DNA of 63,367 nucleotides from an uncultured Methanosarcinales archaeon (lineage in GTDB: Archaea > Nanobdellota > Nanobdellia > Woesearchaeales > ARS49), in NCBI GenBank assembly GCA_964362535.1, contig CAYIEN010000006.1:1-63367 (forward strand), given 5' to 3'. Of the stretch, positions 32,887 through 43,062 are shown one piece after another. The position numbers were made by a program, and so were the translations under genes. How positions within the stretch are numbered: the first letter of the stretch is position 1; the number at the start of each line of letters is the position of its first letter. The notes beneath the pieces were generated by a model. That model saw only the letters and a program-made list of their open reading frames with translations, was not told the origin of the DNA and did not search any database.

Positions 32887-33609
32887 ATGACCATTCCACG
32901 TTCTCAACGTTCTTGTCTTTCGGACAAAGCAATTCTAGAACATATGAAGGCTGGCAATCTTATTATTGAGCCGTTCAAACGGGAAAATCTTGCGACGTCC
33001 AGTTATGACGTGACGCTCGGTGAATACTTTTTCCGTCAGGAAGAGCCTGTTGGAAAAGCGACGATTCTGAACCCGTATGATGAACAATGCGTTCGCCGCA
33101 TTTGGTCAACACCGGAAAAAGCACACAGCTTACAATGGGAACTTGAAGACCGAGAACTTGACCGCAAGGATGTCGGCAAAGGAATCAGGCTCGAAGACAG
33201 AGTTATTTTCATCAAACCGCACGAAACAATTCTTGGGCATACTGAAGAATACATTGGTGGCGCAAAGGAAATCACGACGATGATGAAGGCAAGATCTTCG
33301 CTTGGCCGTATCGGTATTGAAGTCTGCAAATGCGCCGGCTGGGGCGATGTCGGATACACAAACAGATGGACGATGGAAATCACGAATAACTCTCCGCACT
33401 ATACCATTCCGCTTGTTGTCGGCCGTAGAGTGGCACAGATTATTTTTTTCCCGACAGGACCCATTCTCAAACAAGACTATACAAAGTCAGGCAAATATCA
33501 GTCAGGCACAACTCTCGCCCAACTTCAACAAGACTGGAAACCCGATGCTATGATACCTAAGATGTGGAAGGACCGAGAAGTCACAAACATTTACGAGAAA
33601 GATAAATAG
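32887..33609 (+). CDS. dcd: dCTP deaminase family (Dcd)
   Basis: LSDKAILEHMKAGNLIIEPF, CAGWGDVGYTNRWTMEITNNS, GRRVAQIIFF. ATG 32887 is 21 nt after TTTAAATA (alternative ATG 32866). Confidence 0.75.
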   Translation: MTIPRSQRSCLSDKAILEHMKAGNLIIEPFKRENLATSSYDVTLGEYFFRQEEPVGKATILNPYDEQCVRRIWSTPEKAHSLQWELEDRELDRKDVGKGIRLEDRVIFIKPHETILGHTEEYIGGAKEITTMMKARSSLGRIGIEVCKCAGWGDVGYTNRWTMEITNNSPHYTIPLVVGRRVAQIIFFPTGPILKQDYTKSGKYQSGTTLAQLQQDWKPDAMIPKMWKDREVTNIYEKDK

Positions 33610-33640
33610 AACTTATTTTCATTCATCTAAAAAGAGAACC

Positions 33641-35239
33641 ATGGAATTCAAACCTGAAGTAAAAGTGACGTTACTTGACAGCTTTCGGCATGAGCCTCTA
33701 GACACTATTATCGGTGCTGCGCGTAGTTGTTATTCTTCAAAGCCTATTACGCCAACATACATGCAAGACAGCATAGCAAAGGATCAGACAGGTGCTACTG
33801 CGATACGGGCAGATGACTTATTCAATGCAATAAAAGACGCAGGGCACCACACCACGATTCAGCACGTGCATTTTGTCTTTGGTCTTGACGGGATTAGTCG
33901 ACAAAGTATCTGGGCATTTCTGCACGATCATCCGTACTACAATTCGGAACAGGTCAGTCAGCGATATGTTGAAATGAAGCAGGAAAACTTTTTGCGTCCG
34001 CAGGTCGACGAAAGGTTCCAAAAAAAGTTTGAAACGTTGTTGCGGTACGAAATGGAAACGTATGCTGATTTAGAAGATATTCTACGTGCGCCGGTGAGTG
34101 AAGAATGGTATAAAGTGTGGACGGGAAGGCAGAATGCGGTAGGGAAAACCCAAGAAAATTATCAAAAACAGATTAAAAAACGCATTCAGGAAATGGCGCG
34201 ATACGCGCTTCCTGTCGCCGCGCTTGCGCATATGTATCACACGATCAATGCGGTAACTCTGTTTAGATATCATATCATGGCGGAGCAAGGAGAAGTTCCT
34301 GCAGAAGGACGCATTATTATCAACAAAATGCTTGAAGCAGTTGAAAAACGATTCCCCAGCTTTATTGCAAAAATTCGTGCGGAAGATACTATGCCGATTG
34401 AAAAAACGCCGGAATACACGTTAATGAAGTCGCTCGGTGGAGAACTCAATCCCTATGCTGCCCAGCATTCGAAAGAATTGAAGGCAAAGATGAACGGGGC
34501 ATTCTCACGTTTGGAAACGTATCAGCAGAATGCGGAAGAAACGCTGGCGGAAGCCGTGCGTGATGTGATGGGAGTTCCTGCGTCTGTTCTCAACGATGAT
34601 GATGCGATTGATGCAGTGATGAATCCGGCAAAGAACAAGTTATTTGGCGCAAAATTTAATCTAACCACACTTTCCGACCTAACTCGCAGTCTTAATTTGG
34701 TACAATACGGTTTCCGTACGCGCATTTCGCATACGGCAGACAGCCAAAACCAGCGACATCGTACCATTCAAGGTCCACGACCTCTTTTGCAACGTTATTT
34801 TGATGCAAAGAATCCTGACTGCATTTGGCCGAAAGTATTCGAACAGTCTCTTGAAGCATCGGAGCGTGTGAAACAATTTGAAAACCATGTGTGGCGGGAG
34901 ATTGGAGACTTACTGAGTGATGGTTTGCCGTGGGAAGCTGCGCAATACGCATTGCCGAACGCAACGGCGATTAATTTTCACGAAAGCGGGGATTTGCTGA
35001 ACTGGGCACACAAGTGGCACATGCGGTTGTGCTTTAATGCGCAAGAAGAAATCTGGCGTGCAAGCCAGGAACAGGTAATACAAATCGCTGCTGTGCATCC
35101 GCGCATCGCGAAGCATCTCGGAGCGCCCTGTCATTCGCGCGTTACTGCAGGCGCGAAACCAGTCTGTCCGGAAGGCGACAAATACTGTGGCGTTGCTGTG
35201 TGGAGAACGCCTGTTGCGGATGGAATAAGAGTGATTTAA
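33641..35239 (+). CDS. thyX: Flavin-dependent thymidylate synthase ThyX, double-length (tandem) form
   Basis: First half HHTTIQHVHFVF..SRQS..FLHDHPYYNSEQVSQRYV (RHR replaced by HDH). Second half ...SQNQRHRTIQGPRP (RHR kept). 532 aa. Confidence 0.7.
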   Translation: MEFKPEVKVTLLDSFRHEPLDTIIGAARSCYSSKPITPTYMQDSIAKDQTGATAIRADDLFNAIKDAGHHTTIQHVHFVFGLDGISRQSIWAFLHDHPYYNSEQVSQRYVEMKQENFLRPQVDERFQKKFETLLRYEMETYADLEDILRAPVSEEWYKVWTGRQNAVGKTQENYQKQIKKRIQEMARYALPVAALAHMYHTINAVTLFRYHIMAEQGEVPAEGRIIINKMLEAVEKRFPSFIAKIRAEDTMPIEKTPEYTLMKSLGGELNPYAAQHSKELKAKMNGAFSRLETYQQNAEETLAEAVRDVMGVPASVLNDDDAIDAVMNPAKNKLFGAKFNLTTLSDLTRSLNLVQYGFRTRISHTADSQNQRHRTIQGPRPLLQRYFDAKNPDCIWPKVFEQSLEASERVKQFENHVWREIGDLLSDGLPWEAAQYALPNATAINFHESGDLLNWAHKWHMRLCFNAQEEIWRASQEQVIQIAAVHPRIAKHLGAPCHSRVTAGAKPVCPEGDKYCGVAVWRTPVADGIRVI

Positions 35240-35240
35240 T

Positions 35241-36356
35241 ATGCAACCCGTTCCGCGTTTCATATTCTATACTGGCACGGATGCATCAGTTAAGTCTCGT
35301 TTGGTGCAACACGGCAAGATTCTGGAAAGCAAAAATCCGCTGGAAATGCTCGCGGATGCCGATGTTGTTGTCACGGATAATACTACGAAAGATGAGGGTT
35401 TCTGGATTGCGCAGGGCACGGGCATACGTAACGTGCCGGTGCTCTCGCTAAATCATCAGCAGTCAGGTATTTTAGAATCGTTTAAGCACCCGCGGCTTAC
35501 CAGATCATCAAGTGAAGGCATTGACGCATTCTTTGAAAAGAATCCGAGGCCGTGGACGCTGTACCCGACCTATTTTCTTTGTGATGCTATAGATGGTGCT
35601 GGTAAAGGAACAATTACTGCAGCAGTGAAAGACTGGGGAAAGTTTGCTGCACGGCGCATTTTTGACATTACGCATTTTAGCAACACGGCTAACCACATTC
35701 CAACGTGGTCAGAAGTGCAGGATCTTGTTGCAAGTTGCGATATGCTTATCATGCAGGAACCGAGCTATAGCTGGCTAGGCGCGATTATCCGAAATGAGAT
35801 TATTAAAAAGGATAATCCGCGGAAATATTCTGCAGTATCAACTTCCATGGCATACGGGTTGGACCGCGAGCTTATTTTCAAACGTCTTGCGATTCCCGCG
35901 TTAAAAGAGCACAAAATCGTTTTTGCCGATCGCGGACGTATTACTTCCGATACGTATCAGCCGGTGCAGGCAGAATTGTTCGAAGGATATAACCGCGAGT
36001 GGTTTTTGAGTTACGTCCGAGGCATTCCTGGCAATCAAGTGGAGGAATCATGCGTTCCGGGTTTGCTGATGGTTCCCGTTATTTCCGCTGAGGTGACTGA
36101 AGAACGTCGTAAAAGGCGTGAAAAGGACGACAACGCTATTTTCGAAACAAAAGATTTTCAAGAAGAAATTGCAAAAATATACGCGGGAGATCGTATTAAA
36201 CGGCAATATGCGTTGCGAGGAACTGAAGTAGTTGATTTGAACATGTCAGAACTGAAGACTCCGGAAGACACAAAGGCATTTGTGAGAAAAGTATTGTTCC
36301 ACTATGAAGAAAATTTTTGGTCAGCGGATGCGAGAGTCGCGGACCGAGGAATTTAA
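35241..36356 (+). CDS. tmk: Thymidylate kinase-like protein with about 110-aa N-terminal extension
   Basis: P-loop DAIDGAGKGTIT and ADRGRITSDTYQP (DRY/S..YQ block). Starts 1 nt after the thyX stop. Confidence 0.6.
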   Translation: MQPVPRFIFYTGTDASVKSRLVQHGKILESKNPLEMLADADVVVTDNTTKDEGFWIAQGTGIRNVPVLSLNHQQSGILESFKHPRLTRSSSEGIDAFFEKNPRPWTLYPTYFLCDAIDGAGKGTITAAVKDWGKFAARRIFDITHFSNTANHIPTWSEVQDLVASCDMLIMQEPSYSWLGAIIRNEIIKKDNPRKYSAVSTSMAYGLDRELIFKRLAIPALKEHKIVFADRGRITSDTYQPVQAELFEGYNREWFLSYVRGIPGNQVEESCVPGLLMVPVISAEVTEERRKRREKDDNAIFETKDFQEEIAKIYAGDRIKRQYALRGTEVVDLNMSELKTPEDTKAFVRKVLFHYEENFWSADARVADRGI

Positions 36357-36649
36357 TTATTCCGCAACCGGCAGTTCTTCTTCGGGTGTTTCGAAGCCCA
36401 TTAATGTCTTGTTGCGTTTGATGGTGTTGTAAGAAATCATGCTTTTTTGGGGTTCCACGGACTGCACCTCTTTTTTTCTAAAACTATCATGGTTGTTTTG
36501 CTATTTAAACACGAGTGGTCTTTGAATAAGATGTTCAACCATACAGGTTCGTCTCTCCGCGCAAGTTAAGAAAAGTTTTATCGTCACAAAAAACAAAAGT
36601 CACTAACAGAAACATTTTGCGTGACACAACAGGGGGTATAGAAAAGAAT

Positions 36650-37165
36650 TCAAGGCTTTTTTGCGAATTCAGGTTTCTTGTCAAATTCCATTAATGACTG
36701 GTATGAATCAGAAAGAAGTTCGCCAGTTACTGCAGAAAACTTCAAGTTAAGTGTTTTCATGCTTTGGAAGAAGAACGTCAGATTGTAAATGGCATCAGTA
36801 GGTGCTTCTTGAATAATAAAAAACTGTTTCAAGACAGTCTCGCGCGGATAATGTAGTTGGTGGTATTCGCGGGCTTTCTTCAAAAGTTCGGCAACAGGAA
36901 ACACGACGTGGTCCGGCCGCAAAGCCAAAATGTCGTGGTCGCTGCGAAGTACTTCTTGATTTGGAATAATCTCAACGTGGTGTTCAGAAATCACAAAAGT
37001 AGTAATGGTGCCGTCTTCGTTGTAATACCCGACTTGCCAATCATCCTTATTTGCCTCATCAAGCAATAAGAATCCATGCGCAAGAATGCTCTTAGCGTGA
37101 TCTTTGTGCCATTCCTTGAATTCTTTTGTCTGCTGGAGTGATTTGATGACGTGGGGGAATTCCAT
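36650..37165 (-). CDS. Hypothetical protein
   Basis: 171 aa from ATG 37165, 22 nt after a minus-strand CTCTTTTAAAC. No motif recognised. Confidence 0.4.
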   Translation of the reverse strand: MEFPHVIKSLQQTKEFKEWHKDHAKSILAHGFLLLDEANKDDWQVGYYNEDGTITTFVISEHHVEIIPNQEVLRSDHDILALRPDHVVFPVAELLKKAREYHQLHYPRETVLKQFFIIQEAPTDAIYNLTFFFQSMKTLNLKFSAVTGELLSDSYQSLMEFDKKPEFAKKP

Positions 37166-37246
37166 GAGGGAAAGAGACAAATCAGGGTTTAAAAGAGTAT
37201 TGTTGCAGAAACCTTATTAATCAGCGTCGAGCTTACGAATACTAAC

Positions 37247-38032
37247 ATGGCGTTTCAACACGAGTTAAACATCGCAAAAGAATTAGCTATCAAAGCGGGC
37301 GCGGTTATCATGACTTATTTTAATAAAAAGCAGAATATCAAAACGAAAGAGGATGGTTCGAGCGTGACTGATGCTGACTTTGCGTCGAACAAAATCATCA
37401 TTGCGGGTTTGCAAAAGCATTTTCCTAAAGACGGGATTGTTTCGGAAGAGTCTGAAGCAATCGCGGGCGAACGCAAGTGGTATGTTGACCCGCTGGATGG
37501 CACGCGAAGTTTTATCGAGGGAATCGATCATTTCGCCGTGCACATAGGTCTCTGCATCAAAGGGGTGCCCGTTGCGGGTGTTGTTTACCGCCCTTCGACG
37601 AAAGAGATGTATTACGGAGATAGTCAAGGGGCGTTTAAAGAAACAGCGGGAAAAAATAAAGTGGCGCTCAAGGCGACGGATGACGAAAAGCACATGGTCT
37701 TGATTAGCACCTTACTTGTGCATGAATCAGCCTCGTTAAAAACAGTTTTGGACGGTATTAAAGTAACTGACATTGTGCGTGCGAGCTGCACGGGCTTGCG
37801 CATGATGCTGATTGCGGAAAATAAAGGGGACTTGTTGGTTACCAGTGCGGTAAAGGCCCGATCCTGGGATTTTTGCGCGCCTCACGCAGTCTTAAAATTT
37901 GCAAATGCTCATTTTTCGTATCTTGATGGCGACGAAATAAACTATGATTCGTATGTTCCGTCGGAAAAACTCATTATCGGTACGAAATCAGAACGTAAAT
38001 TTCGAGAAATAAGCGCAAAAATCCGTCAATAG
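37247..38032 (+). CDS. Inositol monophosphatase / CysQ-family phosphatase
   Basis: EESEAI...WYVDPLDGTRSF metal-binding signature, WDFCAPHAVL. Confidence 0.8.
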   Translation: MAFQHELNIAKELAIKAGAVIMTYFNKKQNIKTKEDGSSVTDADFASNKIIIAGLQKHFPKDGIVSEESEAIAGERKWYVDPLDGTRSFIEGIDHFAVHIGLCIKGVPVAGVVYRPSTKEMYYGDSQGAFKETAGKNKVALKATDDEKHMVLISTLLVHESASLKTVLDGIKVTDIVRASCTGLRMMLIAENKGDLLVTSAVKARSWDFCAPHAVLKFANAHFSYLDGDEINYDSYVPSEKLIIGTKSERKFREISAKIRQ

Positions 38033-38072
38033 CACGATACTTTTTTATAGTAGCTCCTGACAGCAAAAAAAT

Positions 38073-38912
38073 ATGGGGGATTTGAATTTAGCCGCAATTG
38101 AGCAAGCGATTACTGATAATAAGTTTCAGCTCGTTACCGGTTCTAAATCAACTGCACAGCTCAGAATCATAGAAACGCCGGAAGGCAAAATTATGCACAA
38201 GCGTTATGCTCCGCGTCCAGTGTATTCTGCGGAAGCGATTGCAAAATACGCTAAATTTCAGGAAATGGTGCATAGCATGGCTGGCCCACGTTACATTCAC
38301 AAAGTATCGCTCGAAGAAGAAGTCGCAAAAGAAGTCAAAACGTTGAGATTGTGGAACGAGTCCTTGATTCCTTCTCCGAAAATACTTCATTATGACGGTG
38401 CCTTGACGATAATTATGGAGTGTTTGGAAGGCCGTCCTGCGAAAGACTATCTCATTGAGTCAGACAATCATCGTATGTTCGACAAAGTATTGAATTTATA
38501 TCATCAAATTCGTGACGAAGCATACGCGCGTAATGACAAGGACTTTTTGCACAGCGACCCGTATCCGGATAACTTCTTTTTTGACACGAACAAGAACGAA
38601 ATGGTCGCACTTGACCCGTCGAAATTTGTCAGTCCTGAAATGACGGTCAAGGAAGCTGATACGGCGATGAATTTGTTGTTCCTCCCGAAATTGTTCCTGT
38701 TGCCGATTCCTGCTGAACGGACAAAGAAGTATGTGGAACAGTTTGTGGACCGTTTCACCAACCAAGAACGAATGCATTTGGCTGAAGCAAATTTTGATGC
38801 GGTGGAACAACGCGAATATTTCGCGACGCAGGGCTTGAAGCCGGGAAACATTCTCGATATTTATTTCAGAACGGATGTTCGTGATGTTATTCAGGCAGCG
38901 TTGACAAAGTAG
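38073..38912 (+). CDS. Protein-kinase-like fold (APH/Kdo/RIO-like) protein
   Basis: Catalytic-loop-like DFLHSDPYPDNFFFD, followed by VALDPSKF. Leaderless after TTTTTTATAG. Confidence 0.5.
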   Translation: MGDLNLAAIEQAITDNKFQLVTGSKSTAQLRIIETPEGKIMHKRYAPRPVYSAEAIAKYAKFQEMVHSMAGPRYIHKVSLEEEVAKEVKTLRLWNESLIPSPKILHYDGALTIIMECLEGRPAKDYLIESDNHRMFDKVLNLYHQIRDEAYARNDKDFLHSDPYPDNFFFDTNKNEMVALDPSKFVSPEMTVKEADTAMNLLFLPKLFLLPIPAERTKKYVEQFVDRFTNQERMHLAEANFDAVEQREYFATQGLKPGNILDIYFRTDVRDVIQAALTK

Positions 38913-38938
38913 TTCATTCTCGTAAATCTTTTAAAAAC

Positions 38939-39445
38939 ATGATTAACCAAACAAAAATAAGTTTGCTTAAAAAGAAAATAATAGGATTCTACGCACGTCA
39001 GGACATGTTCCATGGGGTGCATCATTTGCGAAGGACAATGTTGTTGGCGAACAAGATTATGCGAAAGGGGGAGTGTGACCGTTCGATTGTAATCGCGGGA
39101 GTTTTGCTTCACCAATTGCATGATAGCAAGAAAGCGAGCGTTATTCTGAGTGAAGTGGGCATTTCAAAAAAGGACGCTGCTGCCGTGATACATTGTGTTG
39201 CGTGTTGTCATCCGATGCACATCAGCAAAGTCAAGACGATTGAGGCAAAGATTGTGTATGATGCTGATAAAGTGCAGTGTTGTGGTTGGCGCGGCAAGCT
39301 CAGAGAGTTCGCGTGTAATTTTTTCGTTCGAAAAAAGTCGTTGCTTGCCTCGTGGCAAGGCGCTGTTCAGGTGGAAAATGATAGCTTTGCGCATTTGCAG
39401 ACTGCTGAAGGAAAGATGTATGGCGCAAAATTGTGGCGTTGGTAG
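38939..39445 (+). CDS. HD-domain phosphohydrolase
   Basis: HGVHHLRRT ... LLHQLHD ... VYDADKV. Confidence 0.6.
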   Translation: MINQTKISLLKKKIIGFYARQDMFHGVHHLRRTMLLANKIMRKGECDRSIVIAGVLLHQLHDSKKASVILSEVGISKKDAAAVIHCVACCHPMHISKVKTIEAKIVYDADKVQCCGWRGKLREFACNFFVRKKSLLASWQGAVQVENDSFAHLQTAEGKMYGAKLWRW

Positions 39446-39447
39446 TT

Positions 39448-40782
39448 TTATCTCAACATTCCGACGAACAGCATTCCTCGTCTTTTGACGGTTTTGACGA
39501 AGCCTATCCATCGGTTGTGGACGCCGCGGGAAGAATGCAGTTCGATGGAGTGCATCAATACTTCGGATAATGGGTATTTGTGTTTGATGCGGAGTTCGGG
39601 AATACGGATGAGGAGTAATGATGACGCGAGGCGCATTACGGCTGATAAGGCAAACAGCAGCGGGATTCCTGCAAAGATGAATGCATAATGGTCTGCGATG
39701 AATCCGCCAACAACAGGCGCAACCACTAGGGGAATGCTCGTGATAACGTTATACGTGGCGGTTTGCACAGCTCGCTTATTCGGATCAGTTAAGCTGAGGA
39801 ACATGTTGAAAATAGTCACATCATATCCTGCCCAGGCGATTCCTGCGACGATTTGCGCTGGCCACAGGAGCCAAAGTCGTTCGGGAGTGACAAACAAAAA
39901 CGCGATAGGGACTAAGGCAGTGCTTGCGACGCTCAAGAGTAATACTGGCTTGTCGCCGAATCGGTCGGAAAGTTTGCCCATGTGTTTGTAAACGAGTATT
40001 TTACTAATTGTAGCGACGGCCGTAGAGAGAGCGTAAATCCAGTAACTTTGTCCTAAGTCTGTCAAAATGTACGCGGTGAAGAAGGGCGACGCGATCATGA
40101 ATGCGAAGTTGAAGAAGAACACGAAGACAGTGTATCGTTTGAAATCGCCTTCGATTTTGAAGAATTCTTTGAAGCCGTGATGTTCGTGGTCGCGGTAAGG
40201 GGGTTCTTTCATGCGGGAAATGATGTATGTTGCTGTCAAGCCAAAAAGCATGCCGACGGCAAACATGCTCATGAATCCCGTCAAATCATTGGGTGCAAAC
40301 AAATCCAGATACCATCCTCCCACTAACAATGCAATCATTCCCGTGACGCTTAATCTGCGGATGCGGGTGGCGATGAATTCTCCGCGAATCTTGTTCGGAA
40401 TGACATCGGCAACTAAAACGGTCCACGCGGGATCAGTCAAGTAATCAAGGAATTTGATGAGGAAGAAGAACAGCAAAACTGCAAGCAATGGGTGCGTTGG
40501 TAGCAATGAAGGAACAAAAATGATTCCTAACCAGCCAAAACGAGAAAGTAGTGTTGCGATGGAATAAATGCGAACGCGAGTATAGTGTTCGAGCAATTTT
40601 GCGCCGATGACTTCGCTGAAGAGAATGGCAATGTAGGGTATTGCTCCGATGATGCCGACAATGGTGTTATTGGCGCCGAGGGCAAGTGCGAATGCAAGAA
40701 TGTATCCTGCTGTCAGCCCGTCAAAGAGTCCCCACCAGCCGCTTTGGCGCATGATTGCTTTTTGGTTACTGTTGAGGTTCAT
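39448..40782 (-). CDS. MFS-type transporter
   Basis: 444 aa, about 12 hydrophobic spans, typical MFS loop (DRFGDKP). Confidence 0.7.
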   Translation of the reverse strand: MNLNSNQKAIMRQSGWWGLFDGLTAGYILAFALALGANNTIVGIIGAIPYIAILFSEVIGAKLLEHYTRVRIYSIATLLSRFGWLGIIFVPSLLPTHPLLAVLLFFFLIKFLDYLTDPAWTVLVADVIPNKIRGEFIATRIRRLSVTGMIALLVGGWYLDLFAPNDLTGFMSMFAVGMLFGLTATYIISRMKEPPYRDHEHHGFKEFFKIEGDFKRYTVFVFFFNFAFMIASPFFTAYILTDLGQSYWIYALSTAVATISKILVYKHMGKLSDRFGDKPVLLLSVASTALVPIAFLFVTPERLWLLWPAQIVAGIAWAGYDVTIFNMFLSLTDPNKRAVQTATYNVITSIPLVVAPVVGGFIADHYAFIFAGIPLLFALSAVMRLASSLLLIRIPELRIKHKYPLSEVLMHSIELHSSRGVHNRWIGFVKTVKRRGMLFVGMLR

Positions 40783-41372
40783 AGGACGAAAACCTTTCCG
40801 TTTGGTCCTGGATTGCAGAGTAGTGTTTTGCCGAGTTTACCTGATTTGGTGGCTGTTTCGTGGATGTGTCCTGATAACGCAAGGGTGATGTTGTGTTTTT
40901 TGATGAAATCAGTGAAGCTTTGGTTACCCACATGCTGTCCCCATTTGTTGTCGACCGCCGTTCCGTATGCGGGTTGGTGCGTTATTAAAATGGTTTTTTT
41001 CGCTTTTTTGACTTTATCGACAATCGTTTTTGTCCAGCGGACAAACGCGGCATCCGTTGTCATGAATCCGCCGCCGCCATAACCGATAAACAGAACATCA
41101 TCGACAAGCGCGGTTTTCTGGTGAAGAAAGGTCCATTTGTGACGTTTGCACATGAGTTCGGCAATGCCTTCGTCTTCATGGTTCCCGTGAATGACTAATT
41201 GAATGGGGTGCAGTTTGGCAAGTTTTGCGCAGACTTGTTCGATGTTTTGTTCAAAGATGGTGAAGTCGCCGAGATTAATCAATAAGTCAGGTTTTTCTTT
41301 GCGAACGAGTAAAGCGAGTTTTTTCAGAGAAGTGCTGTCTGCGTGGACGTCTGTGAAGGCGAGAAGTTTCAT
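40779..41372 (-). CDS. Calcineurin-like metallophosphoesterase
   Basis: MKLLAFTDVHAD, NLGDF, HGNHED, ITHQP, GHIHE. Its stop overlaps the MFS start (ATGA). Confidence 0.7.
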   Translation of the reverse strand: MKLLAFTDVHADSTSLKKLALLVRKEKPDLLINLGDFTIFEQNIEQVCAKLAKLHPIQLVIHGNHEDEGIAELMCKRHKWTFLHQKTALVDDVLFIGYGGGGFMTTDAAFVRWTKTIVDKVKKAKKTILITHQPAYGTAVDNKWGQHVGNQSFTDFIKKHNITLALSGHIHETATKSGKLGKTLLCNPGPNGKVFVL

Positions 41373-41373
41373 C

Positions 41374-41700
41374 TTAGCGCGGCAGGATGATACAGCAATT
41401 GTTGACGCAGTTGATTGCGTTGGGAATTCCTTGCTGTGCATACCTGTCCGAAATACGTTTGCATTGCTGCATTCCCGTGAATGTTTGTTCGCATGGAGTG
41501 TTGGACGCGCAGGCTACATTCGCAGGGGGAATTGCGGTGACTGCGGTTGCGATTTTTGTGCTGACCGCTCCGGTTGTTCCTTGTGTTTCGGAGGTATTGC
41601 CGAGTGCGATGGATAATCCGACTGCGGAGATGAGCAGTACGAGAAGCATAATAGGAGAACCACTATGTTTTGCGTGTTTGTGTTGTTTATTGCGTTTCAT
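41374..41700 (-). CDS. Small secreted Cys-containing protein
   Basis: MKRNKQHKHAKHSGSPIMLLVLLISAVGLSIALG signal/anchor, then a Cys-bearing region. Ends 1 nt before the next gene. Confidence 0.4.
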   Translation of the reverse strand: MKRNKQHKHAKHSGSPIMLLVLLISAVGLSIALGNTSETQGTTGAVSTKIATAVTAIPPANVACASNTPCEQTFTGMQQCKRISDRYAQQGIPNAINCVNNCCIILPR

Positions 41701-41885
41701 GCTGCTCGGAGCAGGGCAACGACAACAATCAACAGAACGGCCGAAACCACCCAAAGCACAAACAGCGTTTGATGATCTTGCTTGACGCCGGGATGTTTTG
41801 CGTGAGAACTCTGCCTGCTCACCTTTTTTTTCATAACCAAAATGTGCCGAAACGAGTATATAAAGGCTTCGATGAGCGATTAAGG

Positions 41886-42980
41886 TTATCTGGCGAGAGA
41901 ATTGTAGTCATCAAGAACGATTTTATCCAATTCTGCGATGTTTCGGACAATATACAGCCTGCCCTCACCCAATGTAGCAACCTGCTGTGCAAAAGGTATC
42001 GCTGACTTCTCCAACTGGATTCCCACAAGCGAAACAGTTATCCCTGCAGCGCGAGCCTGAGAGATTGCAGCAAGGGTTTCCTCTTCAGGATTATCGCCAA
42101 CCGTAGGCATCGCGTCAGTAAGGATAATCAAGTGCTTCGTGACTTCCTCATGCGGGAACAACTCAATGGATTTGTTAATCAACGCAGTAAAGTCAGTCTC
42201 ACGAGACGCACGAATCGTTGTCAAAGTACGAATCAACAATGGAAAATTCTGTGTCGGCGCAATCGCGTTCTTGACATCGGCTCCGAACACGACCAGTCCG
42301 ACATTGTCTTTGTGTTGTATTGCCTGATAAGCTAAAGCAATTCCTGCTTTTTTGGCCTGCTCGATTTTGCTTCCTTTCATGCTGGCGCTTGCATCGATTC
42401 CATAGATGACGTGAACGGCGCCTTTGCTTTTGCGTTCTTGCGTTCGTAAATCAGAGGGAGCTAATTCAGTATGCCCTCGCTGGATTGCTTTGCGGATGGT
42501 GCTGCGCATACTCAAGTTTCTGTACCTGTCGCCTTTGCGGAATGCGCGTGTATCAGAACGCTCGCCATAGTGCGCAATCTTTTTGGAGATTGTTTCGCCA
42601 AGCATGCCTTTTGGAATCAAATGGTCCAATTCTTCAACATACAGAACGGCACTGGCCAAATCAATGCCCTTATCAGAAATGACTCCTTGATTATCAAGCA
42701 AATCCTTATCCTTGAGCGCATCAATGCGTTTGTGAATATTAGCTTTCAATTCCTTGCGGAATTCAGGAATGGGTAAATTCTTCTCAATGTAGTCGGGGTT
42801 GTAGCCAGAGACAAGACGTAAGATAGTATCTCCAAAAAGTTGTTTAGCGAGAGAGTAATTCTTGACCATTTGTTCGAAGAACATGTCAGGAGTGAAGCTA
42901 CCTAATCCTTGATTAAACGAGTCAGCAATCAGCTTTCCATCATCAATAGTAGACTTGTCATTCTCTAAGACCGAATGCAT
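41886..42980 (-). CDS. von Willebrand factor A (vWA) domain protein, ChlD C-terminal-like
   Basis: MIDAS VHVIYGIDASASMKG, LIILTDAMPT. The frame stays open for 64 codons upstream of ATG 42980, into the preceding gene. Confidence 0.75.
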   Translation of the reverse strand: MHSVLENDKSTIDDGKLIADSFNQGLGSFTPDMFFEQMVKNYSLAKQLFGDTILRLVSGYNPDYIEKNLPIPEFRKELKANIHKRIDALKDKDLLDNQGVISDKGIDLASAVLYVEELDHLIPKGMLGETISKKIAHYGERSDTRAFRKGDRYRNLSMRSTIRKAIQRGHTELAPSDLRTQERKSKGAVHVIYGIDASASMKGSKIEQAKKAGIALAYQAIQHKDNVGLVVFGADVKNAIAPTQNFPLLIRTLTTIRASRETDFTALINKSIELFPHEEVTKHLIILTDAMPTVGDNPEEETLAAISQARAAGITVSLVGIQLEKSAIPFAQQVATLGEGRLYIVRNIAELDKIVLDDYNSLAR

Positions 42981-43062
42981 CAGCGCTTCGTCTTGGCTTT
43001 TGGAGAGTTTGCCTTCTTCTTCGTCTATCTCACTGAGCTCTTCAACGGTGGTTGCTTCGAGG

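Noticed and set aside
36357-36440. 27-codon minus-strand ORF (MISYNTIKRNKTLMGFETPEEELPVAE) in the 293-nt gap after tmk; also a TATA-like CTATTTAAAC at about 36501.
   Set aside because: Too short, with no convincing SD or leaderless spacing and no recognisable motif. The gap may hold a small RNA but I could not fold a convincing structure.
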